From Solobacterium sp. (GTDB lineage Bacteria; Bacillota_I; Bacilli_A; Erysipelotrichales; Erysipelotrichaceae), in the NCBI GenBank assembly GCA_015256455.1, contig JABZMB010000001.1, positions 45,514 to 109,513 of the forward strand: a stretch of DNA of 64,000 nucleotides, given 5' to 3'. Below are positions 20,799 to 30,849 of the stretch, piece after piece. A program made the position numbers and the translations under genes. Under the pieces are notes generated by a model. That model did not search any database, was not told the origin of the DNA, and saw only the letters and a program-made list of their open reading frames with translations. Each line of letters opens with the position of its first letter. The stretch's first letter is position 1.

Positions 20799-21274
20799 TC
20801 TGCGTACACGAGGTGTGCCTCGTCAATCTCCTTTACTGTATTCTCTAAATAACGATTGGCAAGATACTTTGCCATCGGTAAATTCTGGTCTAAATAGTTA
20901 CCACAATCACGAGCTTCTGCACCAGGGATAGCTCCTTCAAAGTCACGTACAAATTCAAATAATCCTTTTACAAGTGGAACGATTTCCTTCGAAGTTAAAT
21001 TCCCTTCGCACAGTAAATAGAAACCTGTACGACAACCCATCGGGCCAAAATAAACAATACGATTTTTCCAAACAGGATTATTTCGTAAATACGTAGCACC
21101 TAAGTGCTCTATTGTATGCATTTCTGCAGTATTCATCACCGGTTCTTTGTTCGGTGTTGTCATTCTTAAATCAAATGTCGTAATTGTCACATCATTAAAA
21201 TGATCTTGACGAGACACATATATACCAGGTTCTAAAATTAGATGATTGACTGTAAAACTAGCAATTTTTTCCAT
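20795..21274 (-). CDS. luxS: S-ribosylhomocysteine lyase
   Basis: 159 aa with the HTIEHL metal-binding motif. Confidence 0.9.
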   Translation of the reverse strand: MEKIASFTVNHLILEPGIYVSRQDHFNDVTITTFDLRMTTPNKEPVMNTAEMHTIEHLGATYLRNNPVWKNRIVYFGPMGCRTGFYLLCEGNLTSKEIVPLVKGLFEFVRDFEGAIPGAEARDCGNYLDQNLPMAKYLANRYLENTVKEIDEAHLVYAE

Positions 21275-21360
21275 AATAGCCCTCTTCTATTCTATATAAG
21301 GTTATATCATACTTAAAAACTTAATGGGAAACTTTCCATAGTCTAAGATATAATAGACTC

Positions 21361-22554
21361 ATGAAGAAATTAATGACAAGATTATTCGTAATTACATGTA
21401 CACTATTGATTGCCTTAACAACACTATTACCAGCTAGCGCTAGAGAAGATGCTTTTGATTTAGGTAGAAACCTTTATAGTACAAACTATATCTTTCTAGA
21501 TGCAGATACAGGACAAGTCCTGGACGCAAAGAAACAGGATGAACAAATTAGTATCGCATCTCTTACAAAGATGATGACTGTACTTCTAGCAATCGAAAAC
21601 AGTTCCTCACTCAACGAAAACATCACAATTACAGATGAAATGCTTGCAGGACTATATGAAGAACAAGCAAGTGTTGCAGGATATATCAGTGGCGACGTGG
21701 CCTCTTTACTAGACCTATGTTACGCTGCTGCTGTTCCATCTGCTGCAGATGCCGCAAACGCACTTGCATTACAAATTGGTGGTAGTTTTGAAAAATTCTA
21801 TCAGATGATGAATGATAAAGCTGCAGAATTAGGAATGAATCACACTGTCTTCAAGAGCGCACACGGTCTTGATCGTGATGGCCAATATTCTACGGTTGAG
21901 GATATGTCAAAGTTATTACGTTATGCATTACAAAATCCAACCTTTAAAGAGATTTTCTCCACAAAGGAATACACAACCCAAGCCACAACCTATTATCCAT
22001 TTGGTATCCCACTTGCTAGTACGATTTGGGCCTATGCGGATACATATGGATACGATTTAACAAATCTATCTGGTGGTAAGACCGGTTATACACTACAAGC
22101 CGGTAGATGTATCGCCTATTGGGCAACTGTCAATGATATGAATATCATTGCCGTAACCGCTGGTGCAAGCACTAGCGTTGAACAATACTCCAACTTAAGC
22201 GATGCACAGACCAGTTTAAAGAATTTATCTTCTTGGCAGAAGAAAACAATTCTTAAAACCAATGATGTTGTTTCAACAATTGAATATAAATCATTCATGC
22301 ATACTGCAAATATCGACGTAAAGATGGATAAAGATATTACACTCGATTTACCTGCAAATGTAGAATGTACATATGAAATTGATTTACCAAAGAAATTCTC
22401 AGCAGAACTATACGACCAAAACATTCAGGCCACAATTACATTTACGGCTGATAATAAAGTCATCTACACAAAAACAATCAGTATCACACTTCCACGGGAA
22501 AAGAATATATTCGGAAGAATCATTCTACATCTACAGAACTTTATAAAAGGTTGA
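21361..22554 (+). CDS. dacA: D-alanyl-D-alanine carboxypeptidase (S11, PBP5-like)
   Basis: Signal peptide present. SxxK motif at ASLTKMMT. A C-terminal beta-sandwich domain follows. Confidence 0.85.
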   Translation: MKKLMTRLFVITCTLLIALTTLLPASAREDAFDLGRNLYSTNYIFLDADTGQVLDAKKQDEQISIASLTKMMTVLLAIENSSSLNENITITDEMLAGLYEEQASVAGYISGDVASLLDLCYAAAVPSAADAANALALQIGGSFEKFYQMMNDKAAELGMNHTVFKSAHGLDRDGQYSTVEDMSKLLRYALQNPTFKEIFSTKEYTTQATTYYPFGIPLASTIWAYADTYGYDLTNLSGGKTGYTLQAGRCIAYWATVNDMNIIAVTAGASTSVEQYSNLSDAQTSLKNLSSWQKKTILKTNDVVSTIEYKSFMHTANIDVKMDKDITLDLPANVECTYEIDLPKKFSAELYDQNIQATITFTADNKVIYTKTISITLPREKNIFGRIILHLQNFIKG

Positions 22555-22566
22555 TTGCATGAACAA

Positions 22567-24249
22567 TCAACCTTTTTCATTTCCTATTCCATCTTTCACT
22601 TCAATGATGCGATCACAATATGTCAGTGTAGATAAGCGATGTGAAATCGTCAGAATCATCTTATCTTTAAATTCCTTTTCCAATGTATAAAGCAGTTCTT
22701 TCTCATGCAATACATCTAGAGCACTCGTTGGCTCATCTAAGATAATGACATCAGGTTGTTTTAACATGATACGTGCTAAACCAATACGCTGTCTTTCACC
22801 GCCTGAAACACGCAAGCTCATCTGCCCCATTTGTGTATCATATCCTTCTGCTAAACTCATAATAAAGTCATCAATCCCAGCTCTTTTCGCTGCTAGACGA
22901 ATTTCATCTAATGTAGCATCTGGTTTTGCGATAGCGATATTTCCAGCAATCGTGTCGTTAAATAGATAGGTATCCTGCTCTAATACTGCAATATGACGAT
23001 GTAATTCTTCAAATGAGAATTTGTCTAAAGAGATACCATTGATACGGATATCACCAGTTTGAATCGGATAATATCTTAACAACAATCTTAAAAGAGTTGA
23101 TTTACCAGAACCACTTTCCCCGATAATACCGATATGTTCGTGGTTCTGTATAGATAAATGAAACTGCTTTAAAATCTTGCGATTTGTCTTTGGATATGTA
23201 AATAAGACATCTTCAAAATCAATACGTTCGACGTAATCAATCTTCACGGATTCACTTGGATCAATTGTCATTGGATTTGCGTCTTCGATTAAGAAGATTC
23301 TCTCTGCCGCCGCAAAAGCTTCCAGTAAATGAGAAACGACAAATGTAAGTGAGAATGTAGAAGAGAATGATGCAGTCGCAATAAATGAAATTAAAATCGT
23401 ACCGACTGGATTGCCAATTCCATTCGAAAGTAAATACGCAGCCACAATCAAAATCATTACTCTACCCAAATAGACAAAGAAATTTGGGGCGGAAGATAAT
23501 GCTTGTTTATGCATGGTCATCACATGCATGTCCTTATTAACCTGGTCGTTATACTCCATCACCTTTTTCGTCTTTATATCTTGAGCATTATAAATTTGAA
23601 TATCCTTAATCGCATAGATGTTTTCAAGAATCACTGCCTTTAGCTTACCTAAATCTTTACGATACTCTTTGCCAATTTCTCTTCCTAAATATAATCCAAT
23701 AAGTGGAATCATCACACTGATCATAAGATATACAGGAATGAGTACATACGCATACAAAGGATTAAATTGTAATGCAATGAGAATAGTTGTAACTGGCAAG
23801 AGTATTACCGTAAACATCGGCCCTATTGTATGGGCAAAGAAGTATTCTAGAGTTTCAATATCACCTACCGCAATGTTAATCACATCACCTATCTTTTGAT
23901 CAATCAGATATGCAGGTGCTAAGCGATTAATAGATTTAAATAAATCTACACGCATCTTTGCCAAGATACCATACGCACCTAGATGCGAGAAAACACCTTC
24001 TAAATATCGACAGACTGCAATCAAAATACCACACAATAACATCATGCATGCATAAAACCATATATTACCAGTTTTCATTATGTCTGCAGCCCTCATAATC
24101 CAAAGTGCACCAAATCCCATTACACCCATATGGGATAGATTACCAATAATACTAGCTAGTGTAGATATTGTAAGATATTTGGCGATTGGTTTAGCTTTCT
24201 TGATTAATCTTGATACTAGAACTGGAATTGAATATGCGTATTTTTTCAT
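22567..24249 (-). CDS. ABC transporter permease/ATPase fusion, CydC-like thiol exporter subunit
   Basis: 560 aa. Six-TM domain followed by an NBD with GESGSGKST and LSGGERQR. It overlaps the upstream partner gene by 4 nt. Confidence 0.7.
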   Translation of the reverse strand: MKKYAYSIPVLVSRLIKKAKPIAKYLTISTLASIIGNLSHMGVMGFGALWIMRAADIMKTGNIWFYACMMLLCGILIAVCRYLEGVFSHLGAYGILAKMRVDLFKSINRLAPAYLIDQKIGDVINIAVGDIETLEYFFAHTIGPMFTVILLPVTTILIALQFNPLYAYVLIPVYLMISVMIPLIGLYLGREIGKEYRKDLGKLKAVILENIYAIKDIQIYNAQDIKTKKVMEYNDQVNKDMHVMTMHKQALSSAPNFFVYLGRVMILIVAAYLLSNGIGNPVGTILISFIATASFSSTFSLTFVVSHLLEAFAAAERIFLIEDANPMTIDPSESVKIDYVERIDFEDVLFTYPKTNRKILKQFHLSIQNHEHIGIIGESGSGKSTLLRLLLRYYPIQTGDIRINGISLDKFSFEELHRHIAVLEQDTYLFNDTIAGNIAIAKPDATLDEIRLAAKRAGIDDFIMSLAEGYDTQMGQMSLRVSGGERQRIGLARIMLKQPDVIILDEPTSALDVLHEKELLYTLEKEFKDKMILTISHRLSTLTYCDRIIEVKDGIGNEKG

Positions 24250-25979
24250 GCTTGCACCTCCAGTTTGTTTTGTTCTTCTACAAGATCTCGGTAAAGCCTA
24301 TGATTCTTCATGAGTTCATCATGATTTCCAATTTCTTCCACAGCACCTGCACGTAACACAATGATTTGATCTGCATTTCGTATCGCAGATAGACGATGTG
24401 AAATAATAATGAGCGTACGCTTCTTCGATAATTTATCAATGCAGTCCCATATTATCTTTTCACTTTCAGGATCAACTGCAGAAGTCGCCTCATCAAAGAT
24501 GATATACTCCGCATCTGTTAATAGTGCCCTAGCGATACCCATCATCTGTTTTTGACCACCAGATAAATTTGATCCAAACTCACTTACCATCGTGTCTAAA
24601 CCATCAGACATTTTTTGTATATGCTTATCTAGGCTAACCTCATGTAGCACCTGCCAAAGTTGTTCATCACTTGCGAATGGATTTGCGACTAATAGATTAT
24701 TACGAATTGTATCATTAAATAAATTGACTGTTTGTGGGACCATTACAATATATTTTGCGATTTCTTCACGATTCATGCATGCATAATCTTTTCCATTCAG
24801 ATATATAGCTCCACTTGACGGATAGATAAACTTCATTAACATCGACGCAATTGTACTCTTACCACAACCAGATAATCCTACTAAAGCTGTAGTCTTTGAT
24901 TTTTCAATCTCGATGTTTATATTCTGTAATACTTCTTTTCTACCTTCATATGAAAAAGAAACATCCTTTAACAAGATACCTTCTTGATAGCTATCTTGTT
25001 TTTTATTTTGTCTTATTTTCTCAGATTCTACCGCAAGGATTTCTTCTGCACGGGTTGCGGCAGAAACAGCAGTTAATGCATCATGAGTTGCGGACATTAG
25101 TTGACGAATTGAGCCAAAATAACTATACCCTAACAATAAAATCATTAGCACACTACTTAGATCCATTGTTTTATTTACGAATCCATTTATAGCTATGAAT
25201 ACACAGAGAAATAATGTAATGTAGATGATTCCTTCAGTTACTAGGAATGATGTGAAATTCACCTTCATGAATTCATTAATCTGACGATTCAGATAGTCAG
25301 CTTTTTCTCCTAATACTTCCGCATGTTTATCCGATTGGTCAAATAGCTTTAACGTTGAAAGACCTCGAATACTATCGAGGTAATAACCTGTCATATCTTC
25401 CAGTGATTTCCAATATGACTTTCTAAGTTTCTCAATCCGATAACGAAACACATTATGTAATGGCAATAGCACAAAAGATACTACGAGTAGTATGCATGCA
25501 ATGAAGAATGAACTCGGATATATCTTTGTAAACAAGTATACTGGCGCAATCACACTAAAGATTAAACTTGGTAAATACACGCTAAAGTATACTTGCATCT
25601 GTTCTACACCATCGACAGCTGATGTGATTGCGGAATTAGGACCAATCTTCTCAATATATCCGGCATCGAGTGACATCGTTTTTGTAAATAACTTCTGACG
25701 TATAGACGAACGTGCTGCTGCTTGCACACGATATTCTAATTCTCCCTGGATTAATTGAAAAACAAAAATCAGTATTGATACGATGATAATCTGAATAACT
25801 ACATTTCGTATTTCATCATGCGTAAATGTCGGACTCATCATATTTCCCAAGAAATAGGAAATATTACTTGCAAAGTTTGTTATCATCACAAGCGAGCATA
25901 CGCGTATCACTACTAGTGAAATTATCCATACCCAAAGACCTTTTGTCATCTTTAGTAATGTTTTATCGAGTAATAACAT
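24246..25979 (-). CDS. ABC transporter permease/ATPase fusion, CydD-like thiol exporter subunit
   Basis: 577 aa. TM domain followed by an NBD with GLSGCGKST and LSGGQKQ. Confidence 0.7.
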   Translation of the reverse strand: MLLLDKTLLKMTKGLWVWIISLVVIRVCSLVMITNFASNISYFLGNMMSPTFTHDEIRNVVIQIIIVSILIFVFQLIQGELEYRVQAAARSSIRQKLFTKTMSLDAGYIEKIGPNSAITSAVDGVEQMQVYFSVYLPSLIFSVIAPVYLFTKIYPSSFFIACILLVVSFVLLPLHNVFRYRIEKLRKSYWKSLEDMTGYYLDSIRGLSTLKLFDQSDKHAEVLGEKADYLNRQINEFMKVNFTSFLVTEGIIYITLFLCVFIAINGFVNKTMDLSSVLMILLLGYSYFGSIRQLMSATHDALTAVSAATRAEEILAVESEKIRQNKKQDSYQEGILLKDVSFSYEGRKEVLQNINIEIEKSKTTALVGLSGCGKSTIASMLMKFIYPSSGAIYLNGKDYACMNREEIAKYIVMVPQTVNLFNDTIRNNLLVANPFASDEQLWQVLHEVSLDKHIQKMSDGLDTMVSEFGSNLSGGQKQMMGIARALLTDAEYIIFDEATSAVDPESEKIIWDCIDKLSKKRTLIIISHRLSAIRNADQIIVLRAGAVEEIGNHDELMKNHRLYRDLVEEQNKLEVQA

Positions 25980-26028
25980 TCTACCTCCTACTTAAAAAAG
26001 GAATCTTTACTGGATTCCTTATCAAAAA

Positions 26029-26304
26029 CTATTTAGCAGCTTCAAATACTTTACGCACTTGTTCCTTGCATTCTGCATACTTTTCGAATAAATGTGCTTC
26101 ATAGATTTTCTGATCACCAATCCACATACATGGAACTGCGTGATAATCATAATTCGCAATGATTTCTGGATGTTCATTTTCATCAATCATATCAATTTCG
26201 ATATTCTTATATTCTGGATTCTCTGCTCTAAGTTCTTCAATTGCCTTATTTGCATTCTTGCAGTATGGGCATGAAGGTAGATGGAAATAAGTAATTTTCT
26301 TCAT
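26029..26304 (-). CDS. Glutaredoxin-like protein (CPYC active site)
   Basis: 91 aa. MKKITYFHLPSCPYCKNANKAIEEL has the classic Grx CPYC motif. It lies 50 bp upstream of the cydD-like gene. Confidence 0.7.
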   Translation of the reverse strand: MKKITYFHLPSCPYCKNANKAIEELRAENPEYKNIEIDMIDENEHPEIIANYDYHAVPCMWIGDQKIYEAHLFEKYAECKEQVRKVFEAAK

Positions 26305-26364
26305 ATTTTTTACCTCTATGTACCTATTTTACTATTTTTTGTTTAATTTTATAGTGAAATGCTT

Positions 26365-27612
26365 TTAGTTTGTATTTCGTTCAATACGCGTACTATTCAT
26401 CTTAGAGAAGATAATTGTCTGCGCTTTATATAGTCCTGAATAGCCAGAAACAATATAACTGATTGCAACCGCAATCAATAAGAATGAACTAGCTTGGAAG
26501 TTAAATAATTCAAACCCAATCAGCAATGATGTGATTGGACAGTTTGTAACTCCACAGAATACCGCAACCATACCTACTTCAGCCCATAAACCAGCAGGTA
26601 GTCCAAAGATTGTACCAAATGTACTACCAAGCATAGCACCAATAATTAAGGATGGAATGATTTCACCACCCTTGTATCCAGATGAAAGCGTGACTGATGT
26701 AAAGAGTATCTTGAGTAAGAATGCATAGAGAGGAACATTCCCTTCTAATGCACGTTCAATCATATGTGCACCAACACCATTATAATCTTGATTACCTACT
26801 AGCAGTGTTAACACGATAATAATTACAGCACCTACAATTGCACGTACATATGCATTTTCAATCATCGCAAATATATGGTGTGTCTTATGTAAACTATATA
26901 CAAATAAGCGGCTAACTAAACCAGCTAATAGTGATAGAACAATGACTGCAATCGCTGTCATTGCATCTAAGTTAGGAACTGTTCCTATATGATGCATAGG
27001 CTCTACAAGATTCAATGCAATAGCGACGCTATGTCCAATCAGTGATGCGATAGCACATGGAAGTAATGCCGCATATTGCATATATCCTACATGTACAACT
27101 TCGAGTGGGAAAATAGCCGCTGTTAGTGGTGTTCCAAATAAAGCCGAGAAACAACCAGACATACCTGCCATGATTAATGTTTTTTTATCATCTTCTTTTA
27201 AACGAAGTGCCTTTGATACAAAGCTACCAACACTACCACCAATCTGTAGTGCTGCACCCTCACGTCCAGCAGAACCACCAAATAAGTGTGTAATAACAGA
27301 AGAAACAAAGATGAGTGGCCCAACACGTACTGGTAAATGGGGTTCAGAGTGAATCGAATTGATGACTAAGTCTGTTCCTGCATCTTTATATTTTGCTAGT
27401 TGATATAGTAGCACGATTATTATACCACCGAGTGGTAGTAAATAGATGAGCCATGGATATTGTATTCTTAGATTAATAACACTGTTTACACACACAGTAA
27501 ATAAGGTGCCGATAGTACCTGCAACAAGTCCAACGATTGCCGCATATATCAGAATACGTATAAAGTCTATATTTTGTTTCAGATTTAACTTCTTCTCATT
27601 CATATTTGTCAT
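26365..27612 (-). CDS. ClC-family chloride channel / H+-Cl- antiporter
   Basis: 415 aa with ClC selectivity-filter blocks GSAGREGA, GIPYT-like and GxFxP. Confidence 0.85.
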   Translation of the reverse strand: MTNMNEKKLNLKQNIDFIRILIYAAIVGLVAGTIGTLFTVCVNSVINLRIQYPWLIYLLPLGGIIIVLLYQLAKYKDAGTDLVINSIHSEPHLPVRVGPLIFVSSVITHLFGGSAGREGAALQIGGSVGSFVSKALRLKEDDKKTLIMAGMSGCFSALFGTPLTAAIFPLEVVHVGYMQYAALLPCAIASLIGHSVAIALNLVEPMHHIGTVPNLDAMTAIAVIVLSLLAGLVSRLFVYSLHKTHHIFAMIENAYVRAIVGAVIIIVLTLLVGNQDYNGVGAHMIERALEGNVPLYAFLLKILFTSVTLSSGYKGGEIIPSLIIGAMLGSTFGTIFGLPAGLWAEVGMVAVFCGVTNCPITSLLIGFELFNFQASSFLLIAVAISYIVSGYSGLYKAQTIIFSKMNSTRIERNTN

Positions 27613-27739
27613 AACTTACTCCCTCTTGCGTACCATACTATAACAGATTTATTTTTGGATTGTAAAACTGTATTAATGATACAACCAATCCACCAAAAAA
27701 GTACGTATGGATTTAATTTACATACATACTCCTTTGTAA

Positions 27740-29542
27740 TTATTCCTGTAATGCATTTACAATTTCATCTGCGACATATTTCCCAGACACAAATGCCCAT
27801 GCAAGACCCGCTCCACCTGGCATCTTTTCACCAAATACATTCCCTGCAACACTTCCTACCGCAAAGACATTTGGCTGCGCTAGTCCATTACCATCTAATA
27901 GATTCAAGTGATTGTCCACCTTTAAACCACCTGTTGTCTCATAGCGATATTTATTGAGTGGAATAATGCATGTTGGTTTTTCTGGATCTATTTTACCCAT
28001 TGTATTAGTGCTTGAAGCATCTATTTCAAGGTTATGAAAGCTAATCGTTTCTAATAATTTCTGCGCATCTAAATCAGCAGAAACTGCAGCTTCGCTTAGT
28101 GTTTCTCCACTAAATGGCACAATACCGTACATGGACTCTAAATACTTTTCTTCTGATTTTGTGATTGTCGCAGTGGATAGTAGCTTCTTCTTCCATTCTT
28201 GATATACTTCCTCATTCATCACAAGATAGGAAGTCGCATTGTTCTGATTATGGATTGCGTCTGAGATTTGATTATATGGTTCTGTTTCATCGATGAAACG
28301 TTCTCCCGTATTGTTGACTAATGCAACTCCTTTGGAGAGAATCGATTTTGTCGCAAGATAGGTATCCAATGTAATATCACGTACACTATATCCTAAATAG
28401 TTATAAATAACTGAACCATCTTCTATTTGATACGGATGTTCTGTATCTTTCGCTAAAGCTAATGCATCACCTGTATTTGTAGTAAGACCTAAATAATTTG
28501 AGTTATGATCACGATCTGGAATCATATTTAAATTACCCGCAGCTGTACCAGTCGCTAAAACAACATACTTTGAAGTTGTTTCAATAATATCACCATTCGA
28601 TTTTTTAGCTCTTACGCCGATGACTTTACCTTCTTCATCATAACGTAGTCCAATGATACCTGCATTCGTATGAACACTAGCTCCAGAGACTTTCACTTCT
28701 TTTTGAAGTAATTCATCAATTTCACCACTCGATTCATCATATAACATAACAGAATTGAGGGCTAAACCATCTGTAGGAATATATCCAGTCTTCTTATCAA
28801 AGGTAATCCCCAAAATCTTAGATTGCCAATCGACCGTCTCACCGATATTATCTTCTAATATCTGTGTTAGAGCTGCGTTGTTTGTCTGATTACTATAGGC
28901 TGCGATATCTTCCGCAAGCGGTTCAGATGGATCAATATCAAATAGGTTTAGTTTTGTAGAGCCTGCTACGATTTGACCACTATTTGCATAGTAGCGTAAG
29001 GAGCCACCAATCTCACTATCCTTTTCAATCAGGCTTGTCTTATAACCCATTTCCTGTAGTCGTAGTACAGTTGCGATACCTGCTGCACCACCACCTACGA
29101 CAGTTACATCTGTATCTTCTTGAATCATCTTTTCTTTATTCTTACCTGTACAATCCTTTTGCCACTCATCGACATTACCATTTGCAGCAGTAATTGCATT
29201 ACCAATTGCTTCAATGACTGCTTTTGAGGTCTGGGTTGCACCTGTAGAAACATCTACATTTAAAGATTGCTCACTGATGACATATTCCGGGATCTTAGTC
29301 AAAGCCGCATCAGATACTGCTTTTGTCTCTTGTTGATCTGTAATAATGACATTTGTTAAAACACCATTCCGAAAAGAAGCAGATACTGTCACATATCCAT
29401 TATAGCCAGTACCAATACCTGTATAGTTACCATCATTGACTGTATGTGTAGTAGCAGATTCTTTCTTAGGTGCACAACCTATCAATGACACACCAAGAAT
29501 AAAAGCTATGCTAGTTTTACAAACTTTATTTAGTATATTCAT
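27740..29542 (-). CDS. Extracellular flavoprotein reductase lipoprotein: FMN_bind domains + FAD-dependent fumarate-reductase-like catalytic domain
   Basis: Lipobox LIGCAP. FMN_bind domain with the flavinylation motif DVSTGATQTS. A second FMN_bind-like segment follows. Then the FAD Rossmann motif VVGGGAAGIATV and a succinate-dehydrogenase/fumarate-reductase flavoprotein fold. Confidence 0.8.
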   Translation of the reverse strand: MNILNKVCKTSIAFILGVSLIGCAPKKESATTHTVNDGNYTGIGTGYNGYVTVSASFRNGVLTNVIITDQQETKAVSDAALTKIPEYVISEQSLNVDVSTGATQTSKAVIEAIGNAITAANGNVDEWQKDCTGKNKEKMIQEDTDVTVVGGGAAGIATVLRLQEMGYKTSLIEKDSEIGGSLRYYANSGQIVAGSTKLNLFDIDPSEPLAEDIAAYSNQTNNAALTQILEDNIGETVDWQSKILGITFDKKTGYIPTDGLALNSVMLYDESSGEIDELLQKEVKVSGASVHTNAGIIGLRYDEEGKVIGVRAKKSNGDIIETTSKYVVLATGTAAGNLNMIPDRDHNSNYLGLTTNTGDALALAKDTEHPYQIEDGSVIYNYLGYSVRDITLDTYLATKSILSKGVALVNNTGERFIDETEPYNQISDAIHNQNNATSYLVMNEEVYQEWKKKLLSTATITKSEEKYLESMYGIVPFSGETLSEAAVSADLDAQKLLETISFHNLEIDASSTNTMGKIDPEKPTCIIPLNKYRYETTGGLKVDNHLNLLDGNGLAQPNVFAVGSVAGNVFGEKMPGGAGLAWAFVSGKYVADEIVNALQE

Positions 29543-29784
29543 AGAGATATTATATCATTTAATAAATCAAGTGAAATATGTGATTCAACCCATCATTTAT
29601 TCAGATAATGTTCACATAGTGTTCTTATTCTTTTAACATATAGACTTTATAGTAATAACTGTAAACAGAAAGGAGAACTAAGAATAAAGTTACTAAAGAG
29701 TAACTAAAAATGCAGTAGTAATTAAATTATTTCTTAAATTCATAAATTCCCCCCAATTTATAAAAATAATAATATGTTTTACTT

Positions 29785-29809
29785 AACCATCGGCTCCCCA
29801 CCGATGGTT
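29785..29809. terminator. Stable hairpin in ldcA leader (terminator/attenuator candidate)
   Basis: AACCATCGGctccccaCCGATGGTT is a 9-bp perfect stem followed by ATTTTATATAT. It lies 35 nt upstream of the ldcA start. There is no upstream same-strand gene for it to terminate. Confidence 0.3.
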
Positions 29810-29843
29810 ATTTTATATATAATACGATTTAAGGAGACCAACT

Positions 29844-30827
29844 ATGAAATATCCTAAATTTATAAAGCAAGGTAGCACAATTGGTATTTGCGCTCCAAGT
29901 TCAGGCGTTGGCAAGTTTGTGCAGAAATTTCAACGTTCCATTGATAACCTGCATGCGTATGGCTATCAGACAAAAGAAACTGCGTCTGTTCGAAGTGAAA
30001 GTGAACCAAGCAATTCTTCAACCATTCGTGCAAAGGAAGTCGAAGAGCTACTACTTGATAAAGATGTAGATATGATTATGGCCGCAACGGGAGGAGATTT
30101 CTTGTTTGATATCCTACCTCACTTAAATCCATCTGTTATTCAAGAGAACATAAAGTGGATTATGGGTGCTTCTGATCCAACAGGCCTTGTTTACCCAATT
30201 ACTACGAAGTATGATATCGCAACACTCTATGGAGAAAATGCTGGCGATTATTACGCAACACCTACGCCTGATTATCTACAAGGAAATCTAGCAATATTAA
30301 AAGGTGATTTAGTCGTACAAACGAATTACCCAAGACGTATGGAACAACCACCATTCTTTTGCGATGATATCGTCTATGATAAAGAAAATGTTTGGAAATC
30401 TACATTAAATACAATTGATGTAGAAGGAAGATGTATTGGTGGATGTATCGATGTACTAAAAGATTTAATTGGCACACCACATGATGGTACATTAGATTTT
30501 ATCGAACGTTATCGCAATGATGGTATTATTTGGTACTTCGATAACTTCGCAATGAATAGCGAAACACTCTATCGAACCCTTCTACAGATGAAATATATGG
30601 GATGGTTTGAAACAACCAAAGCCATCATCATCGGAAGAACTTGTTTTGAATCCAATAGTACTGGCTTAAGTTATAAAGACGCAATCAAACATGCATTACA
30701 AGATATACCAGTTATTTATGATGCGGATATTGGACATACTGTCCCACGCATCACAATGATCAATGGCGCTATCTTACACTTACAGTACGAAAATGGAAAA
30801 GCAGCTCTACAATTCAAACTAAAATAA
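29844..30827 (+). CDS. LD-carboxypeptidase (peptidase S66, LdcA/MccF family)
   Basis: 327 aa. Contains IGICAPSSG and the catalytic Ser region MGASDPTGL. Confidence 0.8.
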   Translation: MKYPKFIKQGSTIGICAPSSGVGKFVQKFQRSIDNLHAYGYQTKETASVRSESEPSNSSTIRAKEVEELLLDKDVDMIMAATGGDFLFDILPHLNPSVIQENIKWIMGASDPTGLVYPITTKYDIATLYGENAGDYYATPTPDYLQGNLAILKGDLVVQTNYPRRMEQPPFFCDDIVYDKENVWKSTLNTIDVEGRCIGGCIDVLKDLIGTPHDGTLDFIERYRNDGIIWYFDNFAMNSETLYRTLLQMKYMGWFETTKAIIIGRTCFESNSTGLSYKDAIKHALQDIPVIYDADIGHTVPRITMINGAILHLQYENGKAALQFKLK

Positions 30828-30849
30828 TAGGGTCTACACCCTATTATTT

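Noticed and set aside
27613-27739. Possible fluoride (crcB) riboswitch upstream of the ClC channel gene
   Set aside because: The leader lacks the GGCGAUG…CUGAUG…CCUCUAC pseudoknot consensus, and only an A/U-rich leader was seen.
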